From an uncultured Gemmatimonadaceae bacterium (lineage in GTDB: Bacteria; Gemmatimonadota; Gemmatimonadetes; Gemmatimonadales; Gemmatimonadaceae), in the NCBI GenBank assembly GCA_963790305.1, contig CAWBOC010000010.1:384001-448000 (forward strand): a stretch of 64,000 bases of DNA. Direction: 5' to 3'. Below, piece by piece: positions 9,919-20,528 of this stretch; position 1 is the stretch's first letter, and every line of letters starts with the position of its first letter. The notes below the pieces were generated by a model, which searched no databases, had not been told where the DNA came from, and was given only the letters and a program-made list of their open reading frames with translations. A program made the translations under genes and the position numbers.

Positions 9919-10988
9919 ACCTCGCCGTAAAGTCAGTCTTCTCTCCGATCTCTCGACAGACTTCAGCAATCAACTCCGCCGTCCGCTCGACATCCTCCAG
10001 CGAGACCATCTCCGTTGGGGGAGTGCATGTAGCGGTTCGGGATCGATACCAGCGCCGTCGCCACGCCTTCGCGCGCGATGTGGATCGCGTCGGCGTTCGT
10101 GCTCGTGTCGCGGCCGGCGGCGTTGACCGTGAACGGGATCTTCTTCTTCTCGGCGGCCTTGCGCAGGAGATTGAAGACGACGGGGTTGATCAGTGCGCCC
10201 CGCGTGAGGACGGGGCCGGAGCCGAGCTTGTGGTCGCCGAGCTCCTTCTTCTCCATGCCCGGCGAATCGCTGGCGTGAGTCACGTCAATGACGATGGCCA
10301 CCTTCGGATTGAGGCAGGCAGCGCAGATTAGCGCGCCGCCCCCGTGCCATGCGATCTCCTCCTGCGTCGTAGCGACGGCGACGACGCGGGCCTTCCCCGG
10401 ATTCTTCGCGTAGCGGCGAAGCGCTTCGAGCGCCGTGAACGCGCCGATGCGGTCGTCGATGGAGCGTGACACCAGTCGCTTGTTCGGGAAGTCCATCGCG
10501 CGCGAATCGATGACGCCCGGATCCCCGACCTGAAGGCGCTCTTCCGCCTCTGACTTGTTGGCCGCCCCGATGTCGACCCACAGATCGGACATCTTCGAGG
10601 CCTTCTCCCGGTCATCGTTTTTCATCAGGTGGATCGGCTTCTTTCCGATGACGCCGAACACGTCGCCGTCCCGACCGAGGAACCGGATGCGCTGGCCGAC
10701 GAGCACCTGGGGGTCCCAGCCTCCGATCGGCCCCACGTGGGCGAAGCCCTCATCGTCGATGTACTGTACGATCAGCCCGATCTCGTCGATGTGGCCGTCG
10801 AGCATGATCGTCGGCGAGCCCTTCGGATTGATCTCGGCGAGGCTGTTGCCGGCGACGTCGCCGCGAACGTCGGTGGCGAACGTCTTCGCTTCTTCGCGCC
10901 AAACCCGCGCGGGAATGGACTCGAACCCCGATGGACCGGGTGAATCGAGCAGACGCTTGAGGAAAGTGAGTGAGGACTCTGGGAGCAT
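9917..10988 (-). CDS. M42 family metallopeptidase; one frameshift near 10012
   Basis: GHIDEIG, DDRIG, QEEI, IDVT, RYMHSPN. Removing one G restores EMVSLEDVERTAELIAEVCREIGEKTDFTAR-stop at 9917. Confidence 0.9.
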
Positions 10989-11043
10989 GGATGTGAGTAG
11001 CGGGCCGCTCTTGATGCAGCCGCCGGCTCCCTACGTCAAGAGC

Positions 11044-11083
11044 ACGGCGGGGGGACTATGCCATTGCATAATCCCCCCACCGT
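11044..11083. terminator. Imperfect GC-rich hairpin downstream of the CsbD-family gene
   Basis: acggcggggggactatgc-catt-gcataatccccccaccgt; no clear U tract. Confidence 0.5.
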
Positions 11084-11090
11084 CAACGCT

Positions 11091-11303
11091 TTACAGGGAC
11101 TCGTCGAGCTCTTCGACCTCTCCCTGCGCCTTGCCCAGGTTCTTCTGGGCCTTGCCCTTGAGCTCGTCCTTCTTGCCCTTGAACTGTTCGCTCTTGTCGT
11201 CGGTAATGTCGCCGAACTTTCCGCGAACCTTGCCGCCGACTTCCTTGAGACCGCCCTCGATCTCGTTCTGTGCACCGCTCTTGCGAGTCGTGTCGTCAGC
11301 CAT
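11091..11303 (-). CDS. CsbD family stress protein
   Basis: MADDTTRKSGAQNEIEGGLKEVGGKVRGKFGDITDD...GKKDELKGKAQKNLGKA; GGAGGA RBS. Confidence 0.88.
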   Translation of the reverse strand: MADDTTRKSGAQNEIEGGLKEVGGKVRGKFGDITDDKSEQFKGKKDELKGKAQKNLGKAQGEVEELDESL

Positions 11304-11350
11304 GATTTCCTCCTGATTCGGTGAAGCCATTGGGAACCGCTGACAGAGCA

Positions 11351-13392
11351 ATGGATGTGCCCGAAGAGCGTGCGACGCCGCGTGCCACGACGGTCGATTT
11401 AGCGCGATTGGCCGTCGATGAAATGATCGAGCACGGGTTCGAGCCCGAGTACCCGCCGGAAGCGCATCGTGAAATCAAGCAACTGGAGCGACATGCGACG
11501 CCGACGATGGAGGACGGCCGGCGCGACCTGCGCGCCGTCCTCTGGTCGTCCGTCGACAACCGAACCTCGCGCGATCTCGATCAGGTCGAGGTAGCCGAGC
11601 GGCTCCCCGATGGCTCGATTCGGCTGATGATCGGCATCGCTGATGTCGATGCGCTGGTCGAGCGGGGAACGGCAACCGACGAGCATGCGGCGACGAACAC
11701 CACGTCGGTCTACACTGGCGTGCGCGTCTTTCACATGTTGCCGACGCAGCTGTCGACGGACCTCACGTCGCTCAACGAAGGCGAGGACCGCAGCGCGATC
11801 GTCATCGAGATGCGGATCGCGCCCGACGGAACGACCGCGTCGGCGGATGCCTATCGAGCGGTCGTGCGCAACCACGCGAAGCTGGACTACGAGAGCGTGG
11901 GAGCGTGGTTGGAGGGTGACGGTCCCGCGCCGCCGGCGCTTGCCACGAATGCCGCGCTCACGGCACAGCTCGAGCTGCAGCACGAGTGTGCAATTCGCCT
12001 GCGGACCCTGCGGCGCTCGACGGGGGCGATCAACATTCGAATCGTCGGAGCCGCAGGCCGTCGTTGTCGGAGGACGCGTCGTCGATCTCGCGGTGGCGCG
12101 GCGCAATCTCGCCCGTGATCTCATCGAGGACTTCATGATCGCGGCGAATCGCGCGGCGGCGATGATTCTCCTCGAGCGGGGCTCGATGTCGATCCGTCGC
12201 GTGGTGCGCGAACCACTGCGCTGGGACCGACTGGTGCAGCTCGCCGGCGATCTGGGCGAGACGCTTCCCGAGGCGCCCGACAGCGGGGCACTGGGGATGT
12301 TTCTCGCGCGGCGCCGCGCGGCGGACCCCGCCCATTTTGCCGATCTCTCACTCACCGTCGTGAAGCTCCTCGGTCCCGGAGAGTACGTGCTCGAGCGACG
12401 GCTCGGAGATCGCCGCGAGAGCGGCCATTTCGGGCTCGGCGTCGCGGACTACGTCCATTCGACGGCGCCGAATCGGCGATTCGTCGATCTGGTGACGCAG
12501 CGGCTGCTCAAGGCCACCGAGCAGCGCGCCAACATGCCGTATGCAGAAGCAGAGCTGCACGACATCGCGCGGCGGTGCACGGAGCGCGAGCGTGAGGCGA
12601 AGAAGGTCGAGCGCGCGATGCGGAAGCGCATCGCGGCGCATTTCATCCGCGACCGCGTCGGCGAGTCCTTCGTCGCGACCATCACCGGAAAAACGTCCGG
12701 TGGAATGTGGGTGCGTCTGCTGTCGCCCCCGATCGAGGGCCGCCTCATCCGGGGCGGTGAAGGCGCGGACGTGGGCGACACGATCCGCGTGCGCCTCGCG
12801 CGGGTCGATGTGCGGCGCGGCTTCATCGATTTCGATCCGGAGACGACGGCGGCCGAGCTGCCCCGCAAGATCGAGCGCCAGCGTCGCAAGCGACACGCGG
12901 CCGACGCGCTGCGCAACCGGTTGGGCGAGCGCTTCGAGGGCATCATCTCGGGCGTATCGGACCATGGCGTTTGGGTGCGGCTCGACGAGAAGCTCCCCGA
13001 CGGCACGCCCATTCGAAGGCAAGGTCGTCGCCGGCTACAAGGCGCTCACGGAGGCGAGCGGCACGCGCCTGTCCGTCACGCTCGTCGGCGTCAACACGGC
13101 GCTCGGATTCATCGACTTCGAGTACACCGAGGGCGTGGAATCGAGAAAGCGCGAGCGACTGGAGCGAAAGCGTGAAGCGGCGCGACGGCTGGTTGCGCGG
13201 ATTGGAGAACGATTCGAGGCCGAGGTCACGGGAGTGACATCGAAGGCGGTCTGGGTGAGGACCGCGGGAGAGGAGCGGATCGAGGGGCGGCTGGTCCGGG
13301 GCCTTCAGGGGCTTCAGACCGGGGACCGGGCTTCGGTGACGCTGCTCGCGGCCGATGTGGAGAAGGGGTTCATCGATTTTGCGCGAGAATAG
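11351..13392 (+). CDS. RNB-domain exoribonuclease (RNase II/R family) with three C-terminal S1-like repeats; two frameshifts (~12036, ~13012)
   Basis: SVDNRTSRDLDQ, IADV, TSVY, LIEDFMIAAN, HFGL..YVHSTAPNRRFVDL spread over three ORF-track pieces. Confidence 0.85.
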
Positions 13393-13411
13393 AGTTTGAG
13401 GCGCAGGGGCC

Positions 13412-13518
13412 AACTGCACTAACCACAGAGGCACGGAGGGCACAGAGGAACGGCGAACTGCTGCTGCAGCAGTTCGCCGTTCCTCTGTGCCCTCCGTGCC
13501 TCTGTGGTTGATGCAGTT
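13412..13518. repeat. REP-like palindrome, copy 2 of the 1627-1732 family, between convergent genes
   Basis: aaccacagaggcacggagggcacagaggaacggcgaactgctg-c-reverse complement. Confidence 0.92.
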
Positions 13519-13531
13519 TCGGCCCCCGCGC

Positions 13532-14438
13532 CTAAGGGACTCGCCTTGCGCGATCGAATGCCGGCGTCCCGAATATCGGTGCATGCATCACCTTCGCCAG
13601 CGTCTCGACCCCATCGATGACCCTCGGCCCCGGACGGCTCGCCAGCGCGTTCGCGTCGATCGCCCAGACTTCCAGGTCTCGCGCCCAACTCCAGGCATCG
13701 CGCGGAAAGAACCGAAGCTCGCCTCACGAGTCGCGCGCTCGAGCCCGTACCCGCACGGAGCGAACACCAGTACCTCCGGGGCCCGAGCCTCGACGGCGGC
13801 GACCTCGACGGCCCGCGAATGCTCCCCCGGCTTGGCAAGCACGTCGATCCCGCCGGCGCGGTGGACCATTCTCAGGGACCCAGTGACCGGCCGTGTACAC
13901 CGGATCGGTCCATTCGAGCACCGCCGTCCGCGGGCGCGGGGCTCGCGCGGCGCTCAGACGGTCATGCACAGACCGAAGTCGCGCGCGAAGTCCGAGGACG
14001 AGCTCCTCCGCCTCGTCAGGCGCATCGATCGCGGCGCCGACCCGCTGGATGTCCGCGAAGATCCCATCGATCGATGTTCCGGCGAGGGTTACGATGGATG
14101 GCGCGGGGGACATACGCCCGGCAATCGCGCGCACGTCCGTCTCGCGCACGGCGCACACGTCGCACAGCGCCTGCGTGACGATCACGTCGGGGCGCAGCGA
14201 GGCCAGCCGCGCCTCGTTCACCGTATACAGCGGCGCGCCGCGCTGCGCTGCCTCACGGACGTCACGATCGATGGCCTCGGGGGAGGCCGCGGAATCGACG
14301 TGAGTGCTCGTCAGGCGGGGGAGACGGGTGACCTGCGGCGGATAGTCGCAGGCGTGCGTGACGCCGACGAGTTGATCCGAGCGCCCCGAGCGCGGCGACG
14401 ATTTCCGTCGCCGACGGAAGGAGCGAGACGATCCGCAC
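13532..14438 (-). CDS. Cobalamin/siderophore-type (BtuF-like) binding protein; several frameshifts
   Basis: VRIVSLLPSATEIV, VGVTHACDYP, PDVIVTQALCDVCAV, LEWTDPVYTAGHWVP, APCGY and RPGPRVIDGVETLA lie in different frames. Confidence 0.8.
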
Positions 14439-14439
14439 C

Positions 14440-14835
14440 CTACTCGCGCGTCAGCGGGAACAGAATGAAGGTGGCGAGCATGAAGCACATGCCGGCGACG
14501 TACCACCGCGAGTCGCCGTGGAGATACCACACCACGCCCCCGAACAGCGCCAGCGTCTCCGCGGCAGCCCAGGAAGTGATCAGAAGCATGGTGCGCCGGG
14601 TTGGGTCCGTCGCCTTGCCGAACAGCCCGCGCAGGAACGCGAGCACGACCAGGACGCTCACCCACAGCGCGTAGCCGACGAAGCGCAGCGGGCCCATGTC
14701 CATCGCCATCGGCGGTGGCGTTTCGCGGCGCAGCCACCAGGTCACGATTCCGAACAGTAGCGCCCCGCCGAAAATCGACAGGCGGATGAGATGCAGCGTC
14801 CGGAGCGACGCGGTCGGCCGGTTCGGCGCGGTCAT
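14440..14835 (-). CDS. Small membrane protein (about 4 TM)
   Basis: Hydrophobic segments; coupled to flanking minus-strand genes. Confidence 0.75.
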   Translation of the reverse strand: MTAPNRPTASLRTLHLIRLSIFGGALLFGIVTWWLRRETPPPMAMDMGPLRFVGYALWVSVLVVLAFLRGLFGKATDPTRRTMLLITSWAAAETLALFGGVVWYLHGDSRWYVAGMCFMLATFILFPLTRE

Positions 14836-16544
14836 GGCTCGCCTAACCCGGCGCGAGTGGCGGCAGGCGTCGTGGATCGCTCGTAGACCGGCCGCCCGCC
14901 CAGATAGGTTGCGAGCACGCGCGTGGCGAGGATGCGCTCTGGAGCGACACTCATGATGTCCTGATCGAGTACCACGAAGTCAGCGAGCTTGCCAGGTGCC
15001 AGCGAGCCGAGCTCCGCTTCCTGAAAGGCCGCAATCGCCGGCCAAAGCGTCATCGACTTGAGCGCCTCGTCGCGCGTCATCTTCTGCTCGGCGAACCACC
15101 CTCCGGTCGGCCAGTTGTTCTCATCCTGCCGCGATACCGAGGCGTGGAACGAGATGAGTGGATTCACCTGCTCCACCGGAAAATCGCTTCCATTGGGAAT
15201 GATCACGCCCGACTGAAGCAGTGCTCGCCATGCGTAGGCACCAAGAAGCCGTGTGGGGCCGAGTCGATTCCCAGCCCAGTACATATCGCTCGTTTGATGG
15301 CTTGCCTGCATCGAGGGGATCACATCGAGCTCCGCGAAGCGCGGGATGTCCGCATAGTGCAGAATCTGTGCGTGCTCGATGCGGAATCGGTGGTCCGCGG
15401 CGGGGACGGTGCCTAACGCCGCCTCGAAGGCATCGAGCACCGTACGATTGGCCCGGTCCCCGATCGCGTGCACGTTGAGCTGAAAGCCCGATCGCAGCGC
15501 ACGCACCGCTACCTGCTCGATGCGCTCGCGCGGGGTCGTGATGAGCCCGGAATGCTCCGGTGAATCGCTGTACGGCTCGAGCAGCGCGGCACCGCGAGAC
15601 CCGAGCGCCCCGTCAGCGCTGATCTTGATCGCGCGGATCCACACCCGTCCATCGTGCAGCGCGCTTTGCGGCCCGCGCTTGAAGTAGTGATCGAGCGTCG
15701 CGTCATCGCTCGCGATCATGACGTAGTTGCGCAGATCGTACCGTCCCTCGCGCGCAAGCTCTTCGTAGACATCGATCGTCGACCGGCCGACGCCGGCGTC
15801 GTGGATTCCCGTCAGCCCCCAGCGATTGGCCTCCTTCACCGCCGCGAGAACCGCCGCCCGCACCTCGTCGCGCGCGGCAGGCGGTATCGAACGCTGCACG
15901 AGCCCCATGGCGCGATCGACGAGGACGCCCGAGGGCGCACCGTTCGCGAGGCGCTCGATTCGCCCGCCCTCCGGGTTGGTCGCCGCCGCGGTGAGATTCG
16001 CCGCTGTCATCGCCCGCGCGTTCACCAGCGCCGCGTGACCATCCACGCGCGTCAGATAGACGGGATGCTCCGGAACGGCGCGCGAGAGCGCCTCGTGCGA
16101 CGGAAAGCGCGTGTCCCCCCAATCGTTCTGGTCCCAGCCCCGCCCGAGGATCCAGGTGCCGGCGGGGACGTCACGGGCGCGAGCGGCGACGCGGGCGACC
16201 ACCTCGTCGTACGATTTCGTGCCGGTGAGGTCGACCGTCCGCAACGCCATGCCCAGGCCGAGGAGATGCGCGTGCGCGTCGACCATGCCGGGGATGATGG
16301 TGCGCCCCTCGAGATCGATCACGCGCGTCCGCGGACCCCGCAATGCCAGCGCGCCGCGATCGGACCCGACGAACCGCACGCGTCCCCCGCCGATCGCCAT
16401 CGCTTCGCCGAATGGTCGGCGCTCGTCAACCGTGTAGATGCGCGCATTGGTGACGATGAGCTCGGCGGGTTGCTGCTGCGCCGGGAGCACCGCCGGCAGG
16501 GTGACGAAGAGCGCGACGCGCAACGCGGTCTGATGTAGTGTCAT
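14832..16544 (-). CDS. Amidohydrolase-3 (YtcJ-like), secreted
   Basis: PGMVDAHAH, DGH, KISADGALGSRGA, HAIGDRA, RIEHAQ, GSDFPVE. Confidence 0.93.
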   Translation of the reverse strand: MTLHQTALRVALFVTLPAVLPAQQQPAELIVTNARIYTVDERRPFGEAMAIGGGRVRFVGSDRGALALRGPRTRVIDLEGRTIIPGMVDAHAHLLGLGMALRTVDLTGTKSYDEVVARVAARARDVPAGTWILGRGWDQNDWGDTRFPSHEALSRAVPEHPVYLTRVDGHAALVNARAMTAANLTAAATNPEGGRIERLANGAPSGVLVDRAMGLVQRSIPPAARDEVRAAVLAAVKEANRWGLTGIHDAGVGRSTIDVYEELAREGRYDLRNYVMIASDDATLDHYFKRGPQSALHDGRVWIRAIKISADGALGSRGAALLEPYSDSPEHSGLITTPRERIEQVAVRALRSGFQLNVHAIGDRANRTVLDAFEAALGTVPAADHRFRIEHAQILHYADIPRFAELDVIPSMQASHQTSDMYWAGNRLGPTRLLGAYAWRALLQSGVIIPNGSDFPVEQVNPLISFHASVSRQDENNWPTGGWFAEQKMTRDEALKSMTLWPAIAAFQEAELGSLAPGKLADFVVLDQDIMSVAPERILATRVLATYLGGRPVYERSTTPAATRAGLGEP

Positions 16545-16651
16545 GAGAGAACGCGAACGGAATCCTTACGAGTGGGCTGGCGGCGAGCTCTGGCCGGCAA
16601 TGAGTGGCGCCGATACTATCGCCCCCACGTCCCCCACTCGCAACCCGCTAA

Positions 16652-17995
16652 ATGAACCCGCTTCGCGCCTCGCGCTTCGCGCTTTCCATCGTGGTCTTGA
16701 CGCCGGCGGCGTCGGCGCAGTCAGCCGCCACGACAACCGCTCCTGATCTCGCGTCGGCCAGTGCGTCACAGCTGCTGCGACTCCTTCCTGACGGAGAGGA
16801 GAAGCGCCGATTCGTACTCGACTGCACCGGCTGCCATGCCTTCGATGCGCGTATCGCCGCGCCCAGCGGGCGGGCACGCACGACCGCCCAGTGGGATTCG
16901 GCAACGCACCGCATGCTGAGCTACGCGGGGGCGAGGACGAACTTTCCCGTCATCTCTGCCGCGCGGGAGCCGGCCTCGACGGCCCGGTGGCTGACCCGCT
17001 GGATCACCGACTCGTCGCTGGCCACCGTCGGCCCGTCCGCAGCGCGCAGCTCGGCAAAGGTGCGCGAATACATGATGCCCATGGCGCAGGACCTCCCGCA
17101 CGACGTCGCGGTGGACGCGGACGGAAAGGTCGTGATTACCGGGATGTTCTCCCACCAAATGTACCGGCTCGATCCGGCGAGCGGCGCGCTCGAGTCGTTC
17201 GACATTCCGGTGGAGCGCGCGAATCCCCGCGCTGTCGTCATCGATGATCGCGGCGCGTGGTGGGTGCTGCTCGGCGGCCCCCGTCGCATCGCGCGACGCG
17301 ACCCCGCGTTGGGCGTGTGGAAGATGCACGACATCGGGATGTATCCCCACAGCATCGGTGTCAATGGCGCCGGTCGCGTATGGTTCAATGGCCACTTCAC
17401 GCGCGATCCCGAGCAGATGGGGTTCGTGGATCCCGTCTCCGGATCGGTTACGCTGCGTGACGTCCCTCCGCACCCGGTGCTCGCGAAGGTCGACGGTGGA
17501 CCGATCCCCTACGAGCTGCGCGTCGCACCTGACGGCTCCGTCTGGATCTCCGAGCTCGGCGGCAACCGTCTCGTGAGGCACGACCCGACCGCGAATGCCT
17601 TCCGCACATTCGACATGCCGACTGCGCATTCAGGGCCTCGGCGATTCGACTTCGACGCGGCCGGGACGTTGTGGATCCCGGAATACGCTGGCGGAAAGCT
17701 CGCGCGACTCGACCCGGCCACGGGGCGGTTCACCCAGTGGGATCTTCCGGTGAAGGACGCCGCGCCCTACGTCGTGCGCGTCGACCGCCAGCGGGGCGAT
17801 GTGTGGATCGGGACCGGCGCCGCCGACGCGGTGTTCCGTTTCGATCCTCGAACGGCGCGCTTCACGACGTACGAGCTGCCAACGCGCGGCGCGCTCGTGA
17901 GGCACCTCGACATCGACCCGCGCACGGGGGTGGTGTGGGCGGCATACGGGGCGAGCCCAGGTGTAGCGGCTCGGATCGCGCGTATCGAGCCGTAG
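16652..17995 (+). CDS. Secreted c-type heme domain fused to a Vgb-lyase-like beta-propeller
   Basis: Signal peptide, CTGCH, then repeated P..I.VD..G.VW / RLDP.TG units. Confidence 0.8.
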   Translation: MNPLRASRFALSIVVLTPAASAQSAATTTAPDLASASASQLLRLLPDGEEKRRFVLDCTGCHAFDARIAAPSGRARTTAQWDSATHRMLSYAGARTNFPVISAAREPASTARWLTRWITDSSLATVGPSAARSSAKVREYMMPMAQDLPHDVAVDADGKVVITGMFSHQMYRLDPASGALESFDIPVERANPRAVVIDDRGAWWVLLGGPRRIARRDPALGVWKMHDIGMYPHSIGVNGAGRVWFNGHFTRDPEQMGFVDPVSGSVTLRDVPPHPVLAKVDGGPIPYELRVAPDGSVWISELGGNRLVRHDPTANAFRTFDMPTAHSGPRRFDFDAAGTLWIPEYAGGKLARLDPATGRFTQWDLPVKDAAPYVVRVDRQRGDVWIGTGAADAVFRFDPRTARFTTYELPTRGALVRHLDIDPRTGVVWAAYGASPGVAARIARIEP

Positions 17996-18019
17996 GATTG
18001 GTGCGAAGGGCCACGATCC

Positions 18020-18844
18020 CTATTGCCGCGTGTACCGCTCCTCCCGAATCCCGGAGAGGAACGGTGAGCGTCGAACCAGGGTGTCGCTTGCGATTGACAG
18101 CGAGTCGCGCGCCGGGACGCTCGACCCGGGGGGTACCGCGTAGTGCAGCAGCACCACCGCGGCCGGCCGGGACTCGTATGTGCCCCACGTCGTCCACTCC
18201 GACTCACTGACCAATGTGACCTGTCCATTCGTATACCCGACAGCCGATTCGGATCGGTGCCGGCGGAAGAACACACCGTCGCTGAATAACAGCGAGTCGA
18301 AGGTCACGTATGCCACCAATCGATGATCGCCGATCGTCGAATCGTACGCGACGAGGGGCTCGGCGGTTCGTCCGTCGATCGATCTCAGGCGATAATCGTC
18401 CGACGGAACGGAGCTCGCCTCGAGCGACACACGCCGATAGACGAGCGTTATCGGATTACCGGCAAAGTCGGGATAGGCCAACGTGATCGAGTCTCCCGAC
18501 ATCCGAGCGGCCAGGTGATCGGTTGGCGCGGCTCCGTGGAGCACAACTTCTCGCCCCGACTGGTGATACGTACCATCTGCCACCTGGCCGGAAACCAAAT
18601 TGCCAGCAAGGGCATGCCGGAAGGTGCCATTTGGGCGAAGCAGGAGATCTCCGCGGCTGATTATCACCGTGAGCCCCAAGCTGGGGGGAAAGTAGGGAAG
18701 CGGCTGGCCGTTGACAGAAACGAGCCGGTAGTGGCCGGCGGCCGAAGGCAATGGAGCGACTCCATCACCGCAGGCTATTGCAACGGCGATGACGAAGATG
18801 ACCGCGAGCCCGAATGGGCGACGTGTGAATAGCGAGTGCATCAT
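18020..18844 (-). CDS. Hypothetical lipoprotein with two internal repeats
   Basis: Lipobox IAC; GHYRLVSVNGQPLP and DDYRLRSIDGRTAEPL. Confidence 0.7.
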   Translation of the reverse strand: MMHSLFTRRPFGLAVIFVIAVAIACGDGVAPLPSAAGHYRLVSVNGQPLPYFPPSLGLTVIISRGDLLLRPNGTFRHALAGNLVSGQVADGTYHQSGREVVLHGAAPTDHLAARMSGDSITLAYPDFAGNPITLVYRRVSLEASSVPSDDYRLRSIDGRTAEPLVAYDSTIGDHRLVAYVTFDSLLFSDGVFFRRHRSESAVGYTNGQVTLVSESEWTTWGTYESRPAAVVLLHYAVPPGSSVPARDSLSIASDTLVRRSPFLSGIREERYTRQ

Positions 18845-18925
18845 GAGGGCGGGAGTGAGCGCCAGCTAAGGTCGCAAGCGGTCATGCAGTCGTCAACGCT
18901 CCTGCGACGGCAACTCGCGTTGGAA

Positions 18926-19405
18926 TCAGAGCCACCGTCGCACGCGCGCTCGGTATGCGGCGTACTCGGCACCGAACGCCTGGCCGAGGTAACGCTCTTC
19001 CCGGCGAATGACGAGCGCGTACAACGACAGCAGAACCATCGGCAGCAACAGAAGCGGCCACGCCATGCTCATGAGCAGCGACAGCCCGACGTATATCGCG
19101 GAGAATCCGACGTACATCGGGTTGCGCGAGAATCGAAAGGGGCCGGTCGCGACGATCGTGCGCGCGGCGCGCGACGGAAGAATCGCCGTGCGCGCCCGCA
19201 CGAAGGTCAGCATCGCCCAGAGCATGAGAAGCGCCCCCACCACGATGAGCGCCCACCCGGCGACGAGGAGCCCGGTGCGGCTGATCCCGCCGAGTGTAAG
19301 AGCGAGCACCCAGCGATGAAGTGCGATCCCTATGAGAAAGCCCACCACGAACAGCGTTGGTGGAGGAAAGCGGACGCCTGGATTCGTCGGACCTTGATCG
19401 CTCAC
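18926..19405 (-). CDS. Isoprenylcysteine carboxylmethyltransferase/PEMT family membrane protein
   Basis: TGPFRFSRNPMY and IRREERYL...FGAEYAAY...VRRWL. Confidence 0.9.
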   Translation of the reverse strand: MSDQGPTNPGVRFPPPTLFVVGFLIGIALHRWVLALTLGGISRTGLLVAGWALIVVGALLMLWAMLTFVRARTAILPSRAARTIVATGPFRFSRNPMYVGFSAIYVGLSLLMSMAWPLLLLPMVLLSLYALVIRREERYLGQAFGAEYAAYRARVRRWL

Positions 19406-20448
19406 GTCACACCTGCGGTCGCGTGCGTCTCCGTCGGATGTCGAGCCTCGACGTCCGTGTCTCCGAGGTACCGCTTCACGCGTCGTACGTGACGCTCGAG
19501 CTGTCGCAGGTGACGCTCGACGCCTGCGCGCATTCCGGGCATGCCCGGCACGACGACAGTGGCGAAGTGCGCACCCCAATCGGGACGACTACCGTCTTCG
19601 TCGACAAAGCCATAGTCGCGGGCGAGCTCCCAGGAGCTGTAGACATCCCCTGAGCGAGCCAGCACGTCGGGATCCCGAGCGAGCGCCGCGACCGCGCGGC
19701 CGACGAAGAGCGGGGATTCGGAGTGGAGGAAGTGCGGATCCTTCTTTCCCGCCTTTCGCCACGTCGTCTCCGTGACGCCGAAGTACTGGAGCATCATCTC
19801 CGATCGCAGAAACCCCGGGGTGATGGCGACCGACGCAATGCCATGCGTTCGCAGCGATTCGGCGAAGCTCATCGCCAGGGATTTCTGTCCCGCCTTGGAG
19901 AGATCGCGCATGATGTTGCCGCTGCCGCTCACCAAAAAATCCCCCTCGGTCACTTCGACGATGAGCCCGCGCCGTTTCTTCATCATGAGGGGCGCAGCAT
20001 GCTTGGCCGTGATGAGGTGGGACACTACCGACTGTCGCAGTCCCTCGGCGAGATACGAGAGGTCGGACTTCCAGAACTGCTCCCACCCGCCCATGCGCGG
20101 GTCTTCGCCGGCAACGCTGTTGACGAGGATGTCGAGCCGTTTCTGTTCGCCCTGTACGCGGGCGAACAGGCTCTGGACCTGGGCCTCCTCGGTGTGATCG
20201 ACCCGAACGGCAATCGCCGTTCCACCGGCGGCAGCGATCATCTCCGCGGTCTGGTCGATTGTCTCCGGGCGCGCGTACGGCGAAGGATCTCCGCGCACGC
20301 TCCGGCCGGTGCAGTAGACGGTGGCGCCCGCTTCGCCGAGCGCGCGGGCAATGCCGCGGCCCGCGCCGCGGGTCGCTCCGGCCACGACAGCGACTCGGCC
20401 GGCCAGCGGTTTCCCAGCGGCGCCGGGCTGGGTTGAACGGCGGCTCAT
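19402..20448 (-). CDS. SDR family oxidoreductase (DHRS1-like)
   Basis: VAGATRGAGRGIA, VYCTGRS, TPGFLRSE. Confidence 0.9.
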   Translation of the reverse strand: MSRRSTQPGAAGKPLAGRVAVVAGATRGAGRGIARALGEAGATVYCTGRSVRGDPSPYARPETIDQTAEMIAAAGGTAIAVRVDHTEEAQVQSLFARVQGEQKRLDILVNSVAGEDPRMGGWEQFWKSDLSYLAEGLRQSVVSHLITAKHAAPLMMKKRRGLIVEVTEGDFLVSGSGNIMRDLSKAGQKSLAMSFAESLRTHGIASVAITPGFLRSEMMLQYFGVTETTWRKAGKKDPHFLHSESPLFVGRAVAALARDPDVLARSGDVYSSWELARDYGFVDEDGSRPDWGAHFATVVVPGMPGMRAGVERHLRQLERHVRRVKRYLGDTDVEARHPTETHATAGVT

Positions 20449-20472
20449 GGTGTCCTCCGAGGCAGGCGTTTA

Positions 20473-20516
20473 TGAATGGTCATTCACTTACCCTGGCATT
20501 ATGAATGGCCATTCAT
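20473..20516. promoter_or_regulatory. Two palindromic operators, probable TetR sites
   Basis: TGAATGGTCATTCA (20473-20486) and perfect ATGAATGGCCATTCAT (20501-20516) between divergent SDR and TetR genes. Confidence 0.8.
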
Positions 20517-20528
20517 TATCTGTCAAGA

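Noticed and set aside
16652..17995. Streptogramin B resistance gene vgb
   Set aside because: Signal peptide and heme motif do not fit; the similarity is to the propeller fold only.
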